DNA from: Candidatus Versatilivorator sp. | GTDB taxonomy: Bacteria > Acidobacteriota > Terriglobia > Versatilivoradales > Versatilivoraceae | Assembly (NCBI GenBank): GCA_965207735.1 | Contig: OZ242296.1 | Coordinates: forward strand, 4,160,001-4,224,000 | Reading direction: 5' to 3' | DNA: 64,000 bases | In this document: positions 1 to 7,442 of the stretch, piece after piece | How the letters are laid out: the number at the start of each line of letters is the position of its first letter | How positions within the stretch are numbered: the stretch's first letter is position 1 | Notes under the pieces: model-generated | Told to the model about the DNA's origin: nothing | Database searches by the model: none | Seen by the model: the letters and a program-made list of their open reading frames with translations, nothing else | Made by a program: the position numbers and the translations under genes

Positions 1-224
1 CAGTGGTTTACCGGCGTCAATACGCGCTCCGTTGGCTGGATCTATCCCGTCCCGCCTACAGGCTTCTGCAGGCTCTGGTCGGCGGCGTTCCGCTCGGAGA
101 CGCATTGAGCAGCGTCTTGAAAGGGAGGCGCCAGCCGGTTGGAGAGGTGCAGCTCTTCTCCTGGTTCCGCGGCTGGGTGACCGAAGGACTGTTTCAGGCG
201 GTTGAGCTCGAAGATCCGGCGTAG
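1..224 (+). CDS. C-terminal part of a DUF2063/HvfC-BufC-like protein (usual partner of DUF692 enzymes); 5' truncated by window edge
   Basis: VYRRQY...AYRLLQALVGGVPLGDAL...LFSWFRGWVTEGLF resembles DUF2063-family C-termini; recognised from memory. Confidence 0.55.
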   Translation, partial: VVYRRQYALRWLDLSRPAYRLLQALVGGVPLGDALSSVLKGRRQPVGEVQLFSWFRGWVTEGLFQAVELEDPA

Positions 225-305
225 CCCACCTCAGACCGAGGTGCCGGCCCGTGCCAAGCCCCGGCGAAGGCCGACCGGCGAATTGCATTGCCACCCGCTC
301 ACACC

Positions 306-515
306 ATGGCCAGCGCACTCACCAAGAGCCAGATCGACAAGCTGAAGAAGTTGTCGCAGGAATTCGCGGCGATTGCCAAGGAAGGAAAGACGACGCCTGC
401 CGCCTCCTCAACCCTGGCCGAGCACACCGAACACCACTCCGAAGCGGCCAAGGTCCTTCCCGCCGGACGGCCAAGCAAGGGTGGTCGGTCCAAGGTCAAA
501 ACAAAGAATTGCTGA
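306..515 (+). CDS. small Lys/His-rich hypothetical peptide (69 aa) ending in Cys
   Basis: ATG at 306; helical N-terminus MASALTKSQIDKLKKLSQEF; ends KTKNC; no clear RBS. Confidence 0.45.
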   Translation: MASALTKSQIDKLKKLSQEFAAIAKEGKTTPAASSTLAEHTEHHSEAAKVLPAGRPSKGGRSKVKTKNC

Positions 516-590
516 TTTCTGATTGTCGATTGGCGAGTGGTGGTGGGATTCCCCTATTGGGGGTGTCTGAAGCCTTACTCGCCCCGCAAT

Positions 591-674
591 CTCCGACTCC
601 CCCTCAAGGGGGGAGTAATAGGAGCGTCGTATGCTGGCCTCGAGTATCACTCCCCCCTTGAGGGGGAGTCGGAG
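591..674. repeat. REP-like doublet: 26-bp perfect inverted repeat of self-palindromic units
   Basis: ctccgactccccctcaaggggggagt (591-616) is the reverse complement of 649-674. Confidence 0.85.
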
Positions 675-686
675 AGACAAGGGCGG

Positions 687-838
687 AGCCCGCAGTCGAT
701 CCGGAGGGGGGCCAACGCGGCGTCCCTTTGGAGAAGCCCGCTGTCGATCCGGAGGGGGGCAAGCGCGGCGCCCCTTGAGTGGCTACCAAGAGGGCGCAGC
801 CCGCTGTCGAGCCGGAGGGGGGCAGACGCGGCGTCCCG
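687..838. repeat. three ~41-bp imperfect direct repeats
   Basis: agcccgc(a/t)gtcga(t/g)ccggagggggg..cgcggcg(t/c)ccc starting at 687, 735 and 798. Confidence 0.85.
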
Positions 839-854
839 TAAGAGAAATCGCGGA

Positions 855-1802
855 CTACAACCCCCGAGAAACCCCACCCTCGAGAGCCCGGCTGACCACG
901 TCGGCCAGCATCCGGATGAAGCGGGGGTGATCGTTGACCGTCGGAGCCCGGAAAAAGTCCATCTTCCACTTGGCGGCCACCTGCCGAGCCTCGACGTCCA
1001 GGTCGTAGAGAACCTCCACGTGATCGCACACGAATCCGATGGGGGCCAGCAACACACCGGGACACTGTTTTCTGCCCAGGCTCTCGATCACGTCACAGAC
1101 ATCCGGCTCCAGCCAGGGATCCCTCGGCCCGCCGCTGCGGCTCTGGTAGACCAGATCCCATTCCGATATCTCCAAGGCCGAAGCCACCGCCCGGCAGGAC
1201 TCCCGAAGTTGGTCCACATAGGGGCTGTCGAAGCGGCTGGGGACACTGTGAGCCGTAAAGAGCAGCCGCGTCCGGGGCCGGTTTCGGCTCGGAATCCGCT
1301 CCCATTGGCGCCGAATCCGATCGGCGACCGCCCCGACAAAGTCGGGATGGTCGAACCAGGCCTCGCAATAGTCCACCACCGGGGCCGGCCGTCCCAGCTT
1401 TTCCTGCACCGCGATCCTGGCCTCCCGAACCGAGCCCTGATAGCGTCCCCAACTGGCCTCGCCCTGGTGGGGCGCCAGGATGACCCCCACCGCCCGCTGC
1501 ACCCCGTCACCGGCCATCTGTTCCAGAACATCGGCCAGAAGCGGATGCCAGTTGCGCATTCCCACGTAGACCGGGATGCGGGGGCTCTCCCGTTCCAGCA
1601 GGCTCCTGAGCCCATCCGCCTGGCGGAAGGTAAGTTCGTTGAAGGGAGATTGCCCTCCGATCGATTCGTAATGGTGGACCACCTCCTCGATCCGTTCCCG
1701 GGGTACGGGACGCCCGCGCAGGACGTTGTCCAGAAAGGGACGGATCTCATCGCTTCGGGTCGGTCCCCCGAAACCGATCAGCAGAACGGCTTGATCTTTC
1801 AT
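855..1802 (-). CDS. hemH: ferrochelatase
   Basis: LLIGFGGP, GGQSP, GMRNWHP, FTAHSVP, YQSRSG..W(L)EPD, PIGFVCDHVEVLYDLD motifs. Confidence 0.95.
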   Translation of the reverse strand: MKDQAVLLIGFGGPTRSDEIRPFLDNVLRGRPVPRERIEEVVHHYESIGGQSPFNELTFRQADGLRSLLERESPRIPVYVGMRNWHPLLADVLEQMAGDGVQRAVGVILAPHQGEASWGRYQGSVREARIAVQEKLGRPAPVVDYCEAWFDHPDFVGAVADRIRRQWERIPSRNRPRTRLLFTAHSVPSRFDSPYVDQLRESCRAVASALEISEWDLVYQSRSGGPRDPWLEPDVCDVIESLGRKQCPGVLLAPIGFVCDHVEVLYDLDVEARQVAAKWKMDFFRAPTVNDHPRFIRMLADVVSRALEGGVSRGL

Positions 1803-1848
1803 GTTGTTATGACAGTCTTCGGGCGCCGGACTACCCGCTCTTTCTTTT

Positions 1849-2065
1849 ACATGGATGGACAGGATACACAGGATTATTTGTAGAGTAGTTTCAGCGTCTT
1901 GAGTTCAACCATCGCCTGTGTTCCAACACAGATTCTCCCAAACCCGTTATCAGGCTCATCGATGCCTTCAAACACGCACCCAATCATCGGGCGAGTCCGC
2001 TTAGGGTGGCTAAGGGTGGCGGCGCGTCTCGTGCCGTTTATCCTGTTTATCCTGTGCATCCATGT
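1849..2065. mobile_element. miniature element with 26-bp terminal inverted repeats (ACATGGATG.ACAGGAT..ACAGGAT)
   Basis: 1849-1874 matches the reverse complement of 2040-2065 with 2 mismatches. Confidence 0.75.
1874..2059 (-). pseudogene. decayed, internally deleted GxxExxY (PD-(D/E)XK-type) gene
   Basis: MIGCVFEGIDEPDNGF, then frameshifted GESVLE, then MVELKTLK; these resemble the family's IIGCAFEV..ELG.GFLESVYE and IVELKAV segments. Confidence 0.65.
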
Positions 2066-2339
2066 TCAATCAGATAGAAAAACGGTTTAACCGGACAGGA
2101 TCCTAGTTCCCGACAGGTCATGGAGTCAATTGCTTCGCTCACGCCGGTCACCGTCAACCTCAATCTCAAGCGGCGATGGCGTCGGACTGTCGTTTTGGCT
2201 CGCGAGCGGATAAGCTTCATGGGACATTCACGGGTATTCGGCGACCCTGCCGGGCTCCGGACTTGTATCAAAGGTTCAGGGCTTTTGGAAACTGGAAAGG
2301 CCGAGGAATTTCGAGAACCGACGCGGGAGGATTTTCATT

Positions 2340-2741
2340 ATGGAACCGACTCAAGACAGGGTGCAGCGAGGGTTCGAGCAGTTTGTGGAAATGGCCGGAG
2401 CAGACAGAGCCCGCCAGCTGCGGGACGTGTGGGGGGAAATTTCGCCCGACTTCCAGCAGTTCGTATTGGGAGTGCTGGCCGGAGAGGTCTGGACGCGGTC
2501 CCAGCTCGACCGGCGCACACGAAGCCTGGTCACCATTGCAGGCCTGACTGCCCTGGGGAGAAGCCGGGCGCTGGAGCTCAACGTGGAGATGGCCCTGGGC
2601 AACGGCGCCACCCGAGAGGAGATTCGGGAGACCATGCTGCAAATGGCCTTCTATGCGGGCTTCCCCTCCGCTTGGGAAGGACTGCAATCCGCCGAGGAGA
2701 TCTTCCGCAGAACCGATCGGCCCGACCGGGAAATCGTGTGA
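2340..2741 (+). CDS. carboxymuconolactone decarboxylase (CMD/AhpD-like) family protein
   Basis: GEVWTRSQLDRRTRSLVTIA..., ALGNGATREEIRE..LQMAFYAGFP; GGAGG RBS upstream. Confidence 0.9.
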   Translation: MEPTQDRVQRGFEQFVEMAGADRARQLRDVWGEISPDFQQFVLGVLAGEVWTRSQLDRRTRSLVTIAGLTALGRSRALELNVEMALGNGATREEIRETMLQMAFYAGFPSAWEGLQSAEEIFRRTDRPDREIV

Positions 2742-2863
2742 TCCGCCGCTGTGAAGGCGTGGACTACGTCACCCGGGAACTGTCCATCCGGCTGGTGGCG
2801 GACGAAGAGATGCACCGAACGCTCTTCGAGGGATTCCTGAAGGAATACCGCAACACCCGCTGA
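2738..2863 (+). pseudogene. orphan C-terminal fragment of a ferritin-like protein
   Basis: IRRCEGVDYVTRELSIRLVADEEMHRTLFEGFLKEY contains D..T and the DExxH helix-D motif; no N-terminal part found. Confidence 0.6.
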
Positions 2864-2868
2864 GCCCA

Positions 2869-3885
2869 CTAGCGCCTGGCGCTACCCGCGCCGGCGCTCA
2901 GCTCTGCAACCAGGCGTTCCATGCGGAGACGGCTGTCGGGACTGGACCGTTTGATCCCGTCGTCGATGGATGCCAATCGGTCGATGGCCGTGAGCAGGGC
3001 TTGGCGGCGAAAACGTTTGGCAGGGCCCAGCAGCCGTTTCAGGAAGTAGGGATTGGCCCCGACCTGACGGGCCATTTCCCCCAGGCTCATGGTTGGCGGG
3101 ATCTCCTGGATTTGAAGCAGGCTGCGCAGCCGCCGCCCCAGCAGCGTGACCATTGACAGCATTTCGGCCGGCTGAGTCGACAATTCGCAGCACAGCCGCA
3201 GGGCTTGGCGGCGATCCTGGGCCAAAACCGCATCCAGAAAGTCGAAAACGGTGTGGTCCCGGCAATATCCAGCCGACTCCTGAACCATTTCCAGCGTGAC
3301 GGTCTTCCCCTCCCCGGCAAGCAGGGCCAGCTTCTCTACTTCCAGATGCACCCGGCCCAAATCGGTCCCCTGGAGTTCTACCAGGCACTCCACCGCCTCT
3401 TCCTGGATGCCGTGGCCCCGCTTGCCCAGAGCCTTGGCGATCCAGCTTCGGGTCTGGGCCTCATTCAGGAGGGCAAGGTCGACCATCCGACTGCCCGCCT
3501 GCAGCGTCTTGAAAATTTTTTTTCTGCGGTCGTCGCGGCTCAGTTCTCCCGCCAGGAACACCAGGACGGTAGCCGGGCTGGGACGGCCCAGGTAGTCGGC
3601 CAGTTCCCTGACTTGCCGGTCTCGCAGCTTCATGACTCCCCGGATATGCATGACCTGCCTGGGCGCAAACAGCGAGGGGGTCGCGGCCGAGGCCAGCAGC
3701 TCATCCAGCCGGGTCTGGTCCAGATCGACACTCGAAGTTGGCGGTTCGCCCCCCCAAGCCTTGGTCAAGGCGTCCATGAGCGCCTTTCTGGCCGCATCTC
3801 TCAGGTAGGCGTCGGGACCGAAAATGAAATAAGCCGGACTGAACTCTCCTTTGCGGAGGTGTGCCTGGAACTGGGAAAAGGACAT
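2869..3885 (-). CDS. holA: DNA polymerase III subunit delta
   Basis: YFIFGPDAYL, TPSLFAPRQV, E(V)EKL, VFDFLDAVL; leuS-lptE-holA synteny. Confidence 0.92.
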   Translation of the reverse strand: MSFSQFQAHLRKGEFSPAYFIFGPDAYLRDAARKALMDALTKAWGGEPPTSSVDLDQTRLDELLASAATPSLFAPRQVMHIRGVMKLRDRQVRELADYLGRPSPATVLVFLAGELSRDDRRKKIFKTLQAGSRMVDLALLNEAQTRSWIAKALGKRGHGIQEEAVECLVELQGTDLGRVHLEVEKLALLAGEGKTVTLEMVQESAGYCRDHTVFDFLDAVLAQDRRQALRLCCELSTQPAEMLSMVTLLGRRLRSLLQIQEIPPTMSLGEMARQVGANPYFLKRLLGPAKRFRRQALLTAIDRLASIDDGIKRSSPDSRLRMERLVAELSAGAGSARR

Positions 3886-3890
3886 GGGGG

Positions 3891-4403
3891 TCAGAAGGAT
3901 TCCAGGATGGTGCTCACCAGATCCCGCGAAAAAGCCTCGGCCAGCCGATCCAGAGCGGGCCCTTCCTCGGGGAAAAAGTCCTGGGAGGACCGACTGATCT
4001 CGAACTCTTCCCGGAAGAAATAGTTTCGATTCTCGAAAAGAAGCTTCTTGGACTTGGAGTCCGTCAGCTCGACATGCAGGCGCACCGTCACCAGAAAGGT
4101 GGACCCCGCCCTGCCCGAGAAGATCACCGGCGTCGAGGTGAAACCGGTGACAACGCCGGTCAGAACGGCTGTGGCCGAAGCAGGGTTAGAGGAAATACGG
4201 TACCGGGTGCGTGAAGTCAACTCATCCACCACTGCCGAGGTCAGGCGCTGCTCCAACCGGTACTTGGTCGTCCGATTGGTGAAAATGGGAACGGCGATGG
4301 AGTCGACGGACTCGGGGATGGCCGTGGCTTTCCCGGCCAGGCGGTACCCGCAGCCGGCAGCCAGCAGGCCGCTCAGCAGCCATACGGCCAGCCCCGGAAA
4401 CAT
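3891..4403 (-). CDS. lptE: LPS assembly lipoprotein LptE (alternative start 4481)
   Basis: lipobox LAAGC followed by GYRL, SIAVPIFTNRT; synteny. Confidence 0.85.
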   Translation of the reverse strand: MFPGLAVWLLSGLLAAGCGYRLAGKATAIPESVDSIAVPIFTNRTTKYRLEQRLTSAVVDELTSRTRYRISSNPASATAVLTGVVTGFTSTPVIFSGRAGSTFLVTVRLHVELTDSKSKKLLFENRNYFFREEFEISRSSQDFFPEEGPALDRLAEAFSRDLVSTILESF

Positions 4404-4446
4404 CTTGGCGGGCGCGCGCCCGGATGTCTGCCGAGCCCGTTGCCCC

Positions 4447-7056
4447 TCAGACCACGATATTGACCAGTTTTCCCGGAACATAAATCAGCCGTTTTGGGGT
4501 TTTGCCGTTCAAGTGGCGCTGCACCGACTCCTGGCTCAAAGCCGCCTCCCGAGCCTGTGCTTCGGTAAGGTCGACCGGAAGGTTCAGTCGCCCCCGGACC
4601 TTGCCGTTGACCTGAAGCACCAGCGTGATTTCCTCCTCGGCCGCCAGCAGGCGGTCGGCCTGGGGCCAGGGCTGCTGGTGGATCGAGTAGGGACGCCCTT
4701 TCAAGGCCCAGAGCTCCTCCGCCATAAAGGGAGCAATCGGCGCCACCATCAGGAGCAGCGCATCGGTGGCCTCTACCCAGGCCTCCCGGCCAACCGGCCG
4801 CTTGACGGCGTCCTGAAGCGCATTGGTGAACTCCATGAGCGACGAAATCACGGTGTTGAAACGAAATCCCTCGATGTCGCTCGATACCTTGAGCAAGGTC
4901 TTGTGCATCCAGCGGCGCAGATCCCGGTCCGGCTTCCGGGTCCGCGAGGAGGAAGGCTCCTGGGGGGGCGGTCGCAAAATCACCTCCCAGGCTCGGCGCA
5001 GCCAACGAAAGGTACCTGAGAGACCGTTGGTGTTCCAGGGCGTGGACATTTCGAAATCGCTGATGAACATCTCGTAGGCGCGCAAGGCGTCGGCGCCCCA
5101 GGCTTCCACCATTTCGTCCGGTGTGATGACGTTCCCCCGGCTCTTGGACATCTTTTCTCCGTCCTGACCCAAAATCATCCCCTGATTCCGCAGGGACTTG
5201 AAGGGCTCGGCAAAGGGCAGGTGGCCCAGGTCGTAGAGCGCCTTGGTCCAGAAGCGGGCGTATAGCAGGTGCATGACCGCGTGCTCTGCTCCTCCCACGT
5301 ACACGTCCACCGGCAGCCAGTAGTCCACTTCCTTGCGATCGAAGGCGGCCCGAGCATCGCGGGGACTCACGAAGCGCAGAAAGTACCAGGAGGAGCAGGC
5401 GAATGTTCCCATGGTGTCGGTCTCACGGCGTCCCCGGATGCCTCCGGGCAGGGATACCTGGACGAACTCGGAAATGGCTGCCAGGGGCGACTCTCCGCTG
5501 CCGGTGGGCTCGTAGTGGCGAACCTCCGGCAGCCGCACCGGAAGATCGGCCGAAGCCACGGGCACCTCGCCGTCGGAGGTGTGAACGACGGGAATCGGGG
5601 TGCCCCAGTAGCGCTGGCGGCTGATCCCCCAATCGCGCAGCTTGTAATGGACGCTGGACCTGCCCCTACCGGACTTCTCCAACCAGTCGGTGACCCTGTC
5701 GACGGCCTGGCTGGTGGGGGTGCCGTCGAAGGAGCCGGACCGGCTCATGACCCCCTCACCAGTCCAGGCCTCCTCCATGGTGTCGGAACGCAGCGGTTCA
5801 TCCCGCCCTGCGGGTTGGATCACCACCCGGATCTCCAGGCCGTGCTGTCGGGCGAACTCGAAGTCTCTCTGGTCGTGGGCCGGGACCGCCATGATGGCGC
5901 CGGTTCCATACCCCATCAGCACATAATCCGCCACCCAGATCGGGATCGCTTCACCGTTGACCGGATTGGTGGCACGGGATCCCAGGAACACGCCCGTCTT
6001 GGCCCGTCCCTGGGCCGTACGATCCAGATCGCTCTTGCCCTGGACCTGCTGCAGATAGGTATCGACCTCTCGAGCCGAGGAGGGGGTGGTGAGGGCGGGC
6101 ACCAGAGGATGCTCCGGCGCCAGCACCATAAAAGTAGCTCCCCAAAGCGTATCGGGGCGGGTGGTGAACACCTTCAATGGCCCGGCGGCGGTGGAAAAAC
6201 CGACTTCGGCCCCCCGACTGCGTCCGATCCAGTTGCGCTGCATCAGCTTGATGCTCTCCGGCCAGTCCAGGCCCTCCAGGTCGGCCAACAGCCGGTCGGC
6301 GTAGGCCGTGATTCGAAAGAACCACTGCATCAGCCGTTTCTTCTCGACCAACGCCCCGCTTCGCCAGCCGCGCCCGTCCACCACCTCTTCGTTGGCCAGC
6401 ACTGTCTTTTCCACCGGGTCCCAGTTCACCGTGGATGCCCCGCGATAGGCCAGCCGATAGTGGCTCAGATAGTCCTTTCTCTCCGTGACCGGCAATTGCC
6501 TCCAGGCCTCGGCGGTCATGGCCGGCGCTCCGGAAATGCCACCGCTGCCGCGGGTCGCCAGTTCCTCCTCCAGGCCGGAGATGGGACAGGCCTTCTGCAG
6601 CCGCGGGTCGTACCAGGAATGGTAGAGCTGCAGAAAAACCCACTGAGTCCAACGATAGTATTCGGGCTGGGAGGAGTTGATCTCCCGGCTCCAGTCGAAG
6701 GAGATGCCCAGCAGCCGCATCTGCCGCTTGTAGTTGGCGGCAAAGCGGGCGATGAGCTTTGCCGGGTTGGTCTTCTGACGGATAGCCGCGTTTTCCGCGG
6801 GAAGACCGAAGGCATCCCAACCCATGGGATGGAGCACGTTCTCGCCCCGCATGCGGTAGTAGCGGCTCAACACGTCGGTGGGAACGTAGTTCCGGCAGTG
6901 GCCCACGCTGAGTCCGTCCCCCGAAGGATAGGGAAAGAAATCCAGCACGTACCTCTTGGGACGACCGTCGGCCGGAGCGGTCCGATAGAGCCCGTCCCGT
7001 TCCCAGCGGTCGGCCCACTTGGCTTCTATTCGGTCGGGAGTATATTTAGCCCGCAT
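4447..7056 (-). CDS. leuS: leucyl-tRNA synthetase
   Basis: FPYPSG.GLSVGH (HIGH variant), GWDAFGLPAENAA, FTTRPDT, AVPAHDQRD, KMSKS, QVNGKVR. Confidence 0.98.
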   Translation of the reverse strand: MRAKYTPDRIEAKWADRWERDGLYRTAPADGRPKRYVLDFFPYPSGDGLSVGHCRNYVPTDVLSRYYRMRGENVLHPMGWDAFGLPAENAAIRQKTNPAKLIARFAANYKRQMRLLGISFDWSREINSSQPEYYRWTQWVFLQLYHSWYDPRLQKACPISGLEEELATRGSGGISGAPAMTAEAWRQLPVTERKDYLSHYRLAYRGASTVNWDPVEKTVLANEEVVDGRGWRSGALVEKKRLMQWFFRITAYADRLLADLEGLDWPESIKLMQRNWIGRSRGAEVGFSTAAGPLKVFTTRPDTLWGATFMVLAPEHPLVPALTTPSSAREVDTYLQQVQGKSDLDRTAQGRAKTGVFLGSRATNPVNGEAIPIWVADYVLMGYGTGAIMAVPAHDQRDFEFARQHGLEIRVVIQPAGRDEPLRSDTMEEAWTGEGVMSRSGSFDGTPTSQAVDRVTDWLEKSGRGRSSVHYKLRDWGISRQRYWGTPIPVVHTSDGEVPVASADLPVRLPEVRHYEPTGSGESPLAAISEFVQVSLPGGIRGRRETDTMGTFACSSWYFLRFVSPRDARAAFDRKEVDYWLPVDVYVGGAEHAVMHLLYARFWTKALYDLGHLPFAEPFKSLRNQGMILGQDGEKMSKSRGNVITPDEMVEAWGADALRAYEMFISDFEMSTPWNTNGLSGTFRWLRRAWEVILRPPPQEPSSSRTRKPDRDLRRWMHKTLLKVSSDIEGFRFNTVISSLMEFTNALQDAVKRPVGREAWVEATDALLLMVAPIAPFMAEELWALKGRPYSIHQQPWPQADRLLAAEEEITLVLQVNGKVRGRLNLPVDLTEAQAREAALSQESVQRHLNGKTPKRLIYVPGKLVNIVV

Positions 7057-7208
7057 TTCTCACCGGGTCGCCGGGCGCATTGGGAAAGACATTGATTTTC
7101 AGGGCCATGTGGGTGTTGTTTCGAGGACATGCTGACCAGACTGCTCTGAGCGTGCCCTGGATTTTCCTTTTCCCGTGCCCTTGTCACGCCCCGCGGTGAG
7201 AAATGCGG
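7051..7208 (-). promoter_or_regulatory. 15-bp perfect inverted repeat in the leuS leader, covering the start codon
   Basis: ccgcatttctcaccg (7051-7065) and cggtgagaaatgcgg (7194-7208); the repeat is certain, the regulatory role is inferred. Confidence 0.5.
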
Positions 7209-7300
7209 ACTCGTGGTGATGATCGCAGGTCACTGAGGGGGGATACGCCTGAAATCCTTCGTCTGGCTTGAGTTTCAGCCGATTCACCAAACCTTCGGCG

Positions 7301-7330
7301 ATGTTAGCAAAGGGCCGGAAGAGGGGTCAA
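7301..7330 (-). promoter_or_regulatory. putative sigma70 promoter for leuS
   Basis: TTGACC-N18-TAACAT with extended -10 TG on the minus strand. Confidence 0.45.
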
Positions 7331-7442
7331 GCTCGGGTCCGGCTCCGGGCCGCGCAAAATGGGGTTGCCCACGAGGGTCGAACGTTCCATAATGAGCCAC
7401 CGTTTCCGGTCCGTTAAAACCCTCCAAAAACAGGTGCAGACC

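Noticed and set aside
687-838. Possible mini CRISPR array
   Set aside because: Only 3 degenerate units with unequal gaps of ~7 and ~22 nt; no cas genes
537-1883. 448-aa plus-strand ORF
   Set aside because: Antisense shadow of hemH plus translated repeats; the same applies to most long overlapping ORFs in this GC-rich window
2120-2863. 247-aa ORF as a real gene
   Set aside because: Overlaps the CMD gene out of frame; only the last ~41 codons look protein-like
7057-7310. T-box riboswitch, or four-helix-bundle remnant (ANIAEG) upstream of leuS
   Set aside because: No T-box consensus seen; ANIAEG coincides with the -10 box and the similarity does not continue
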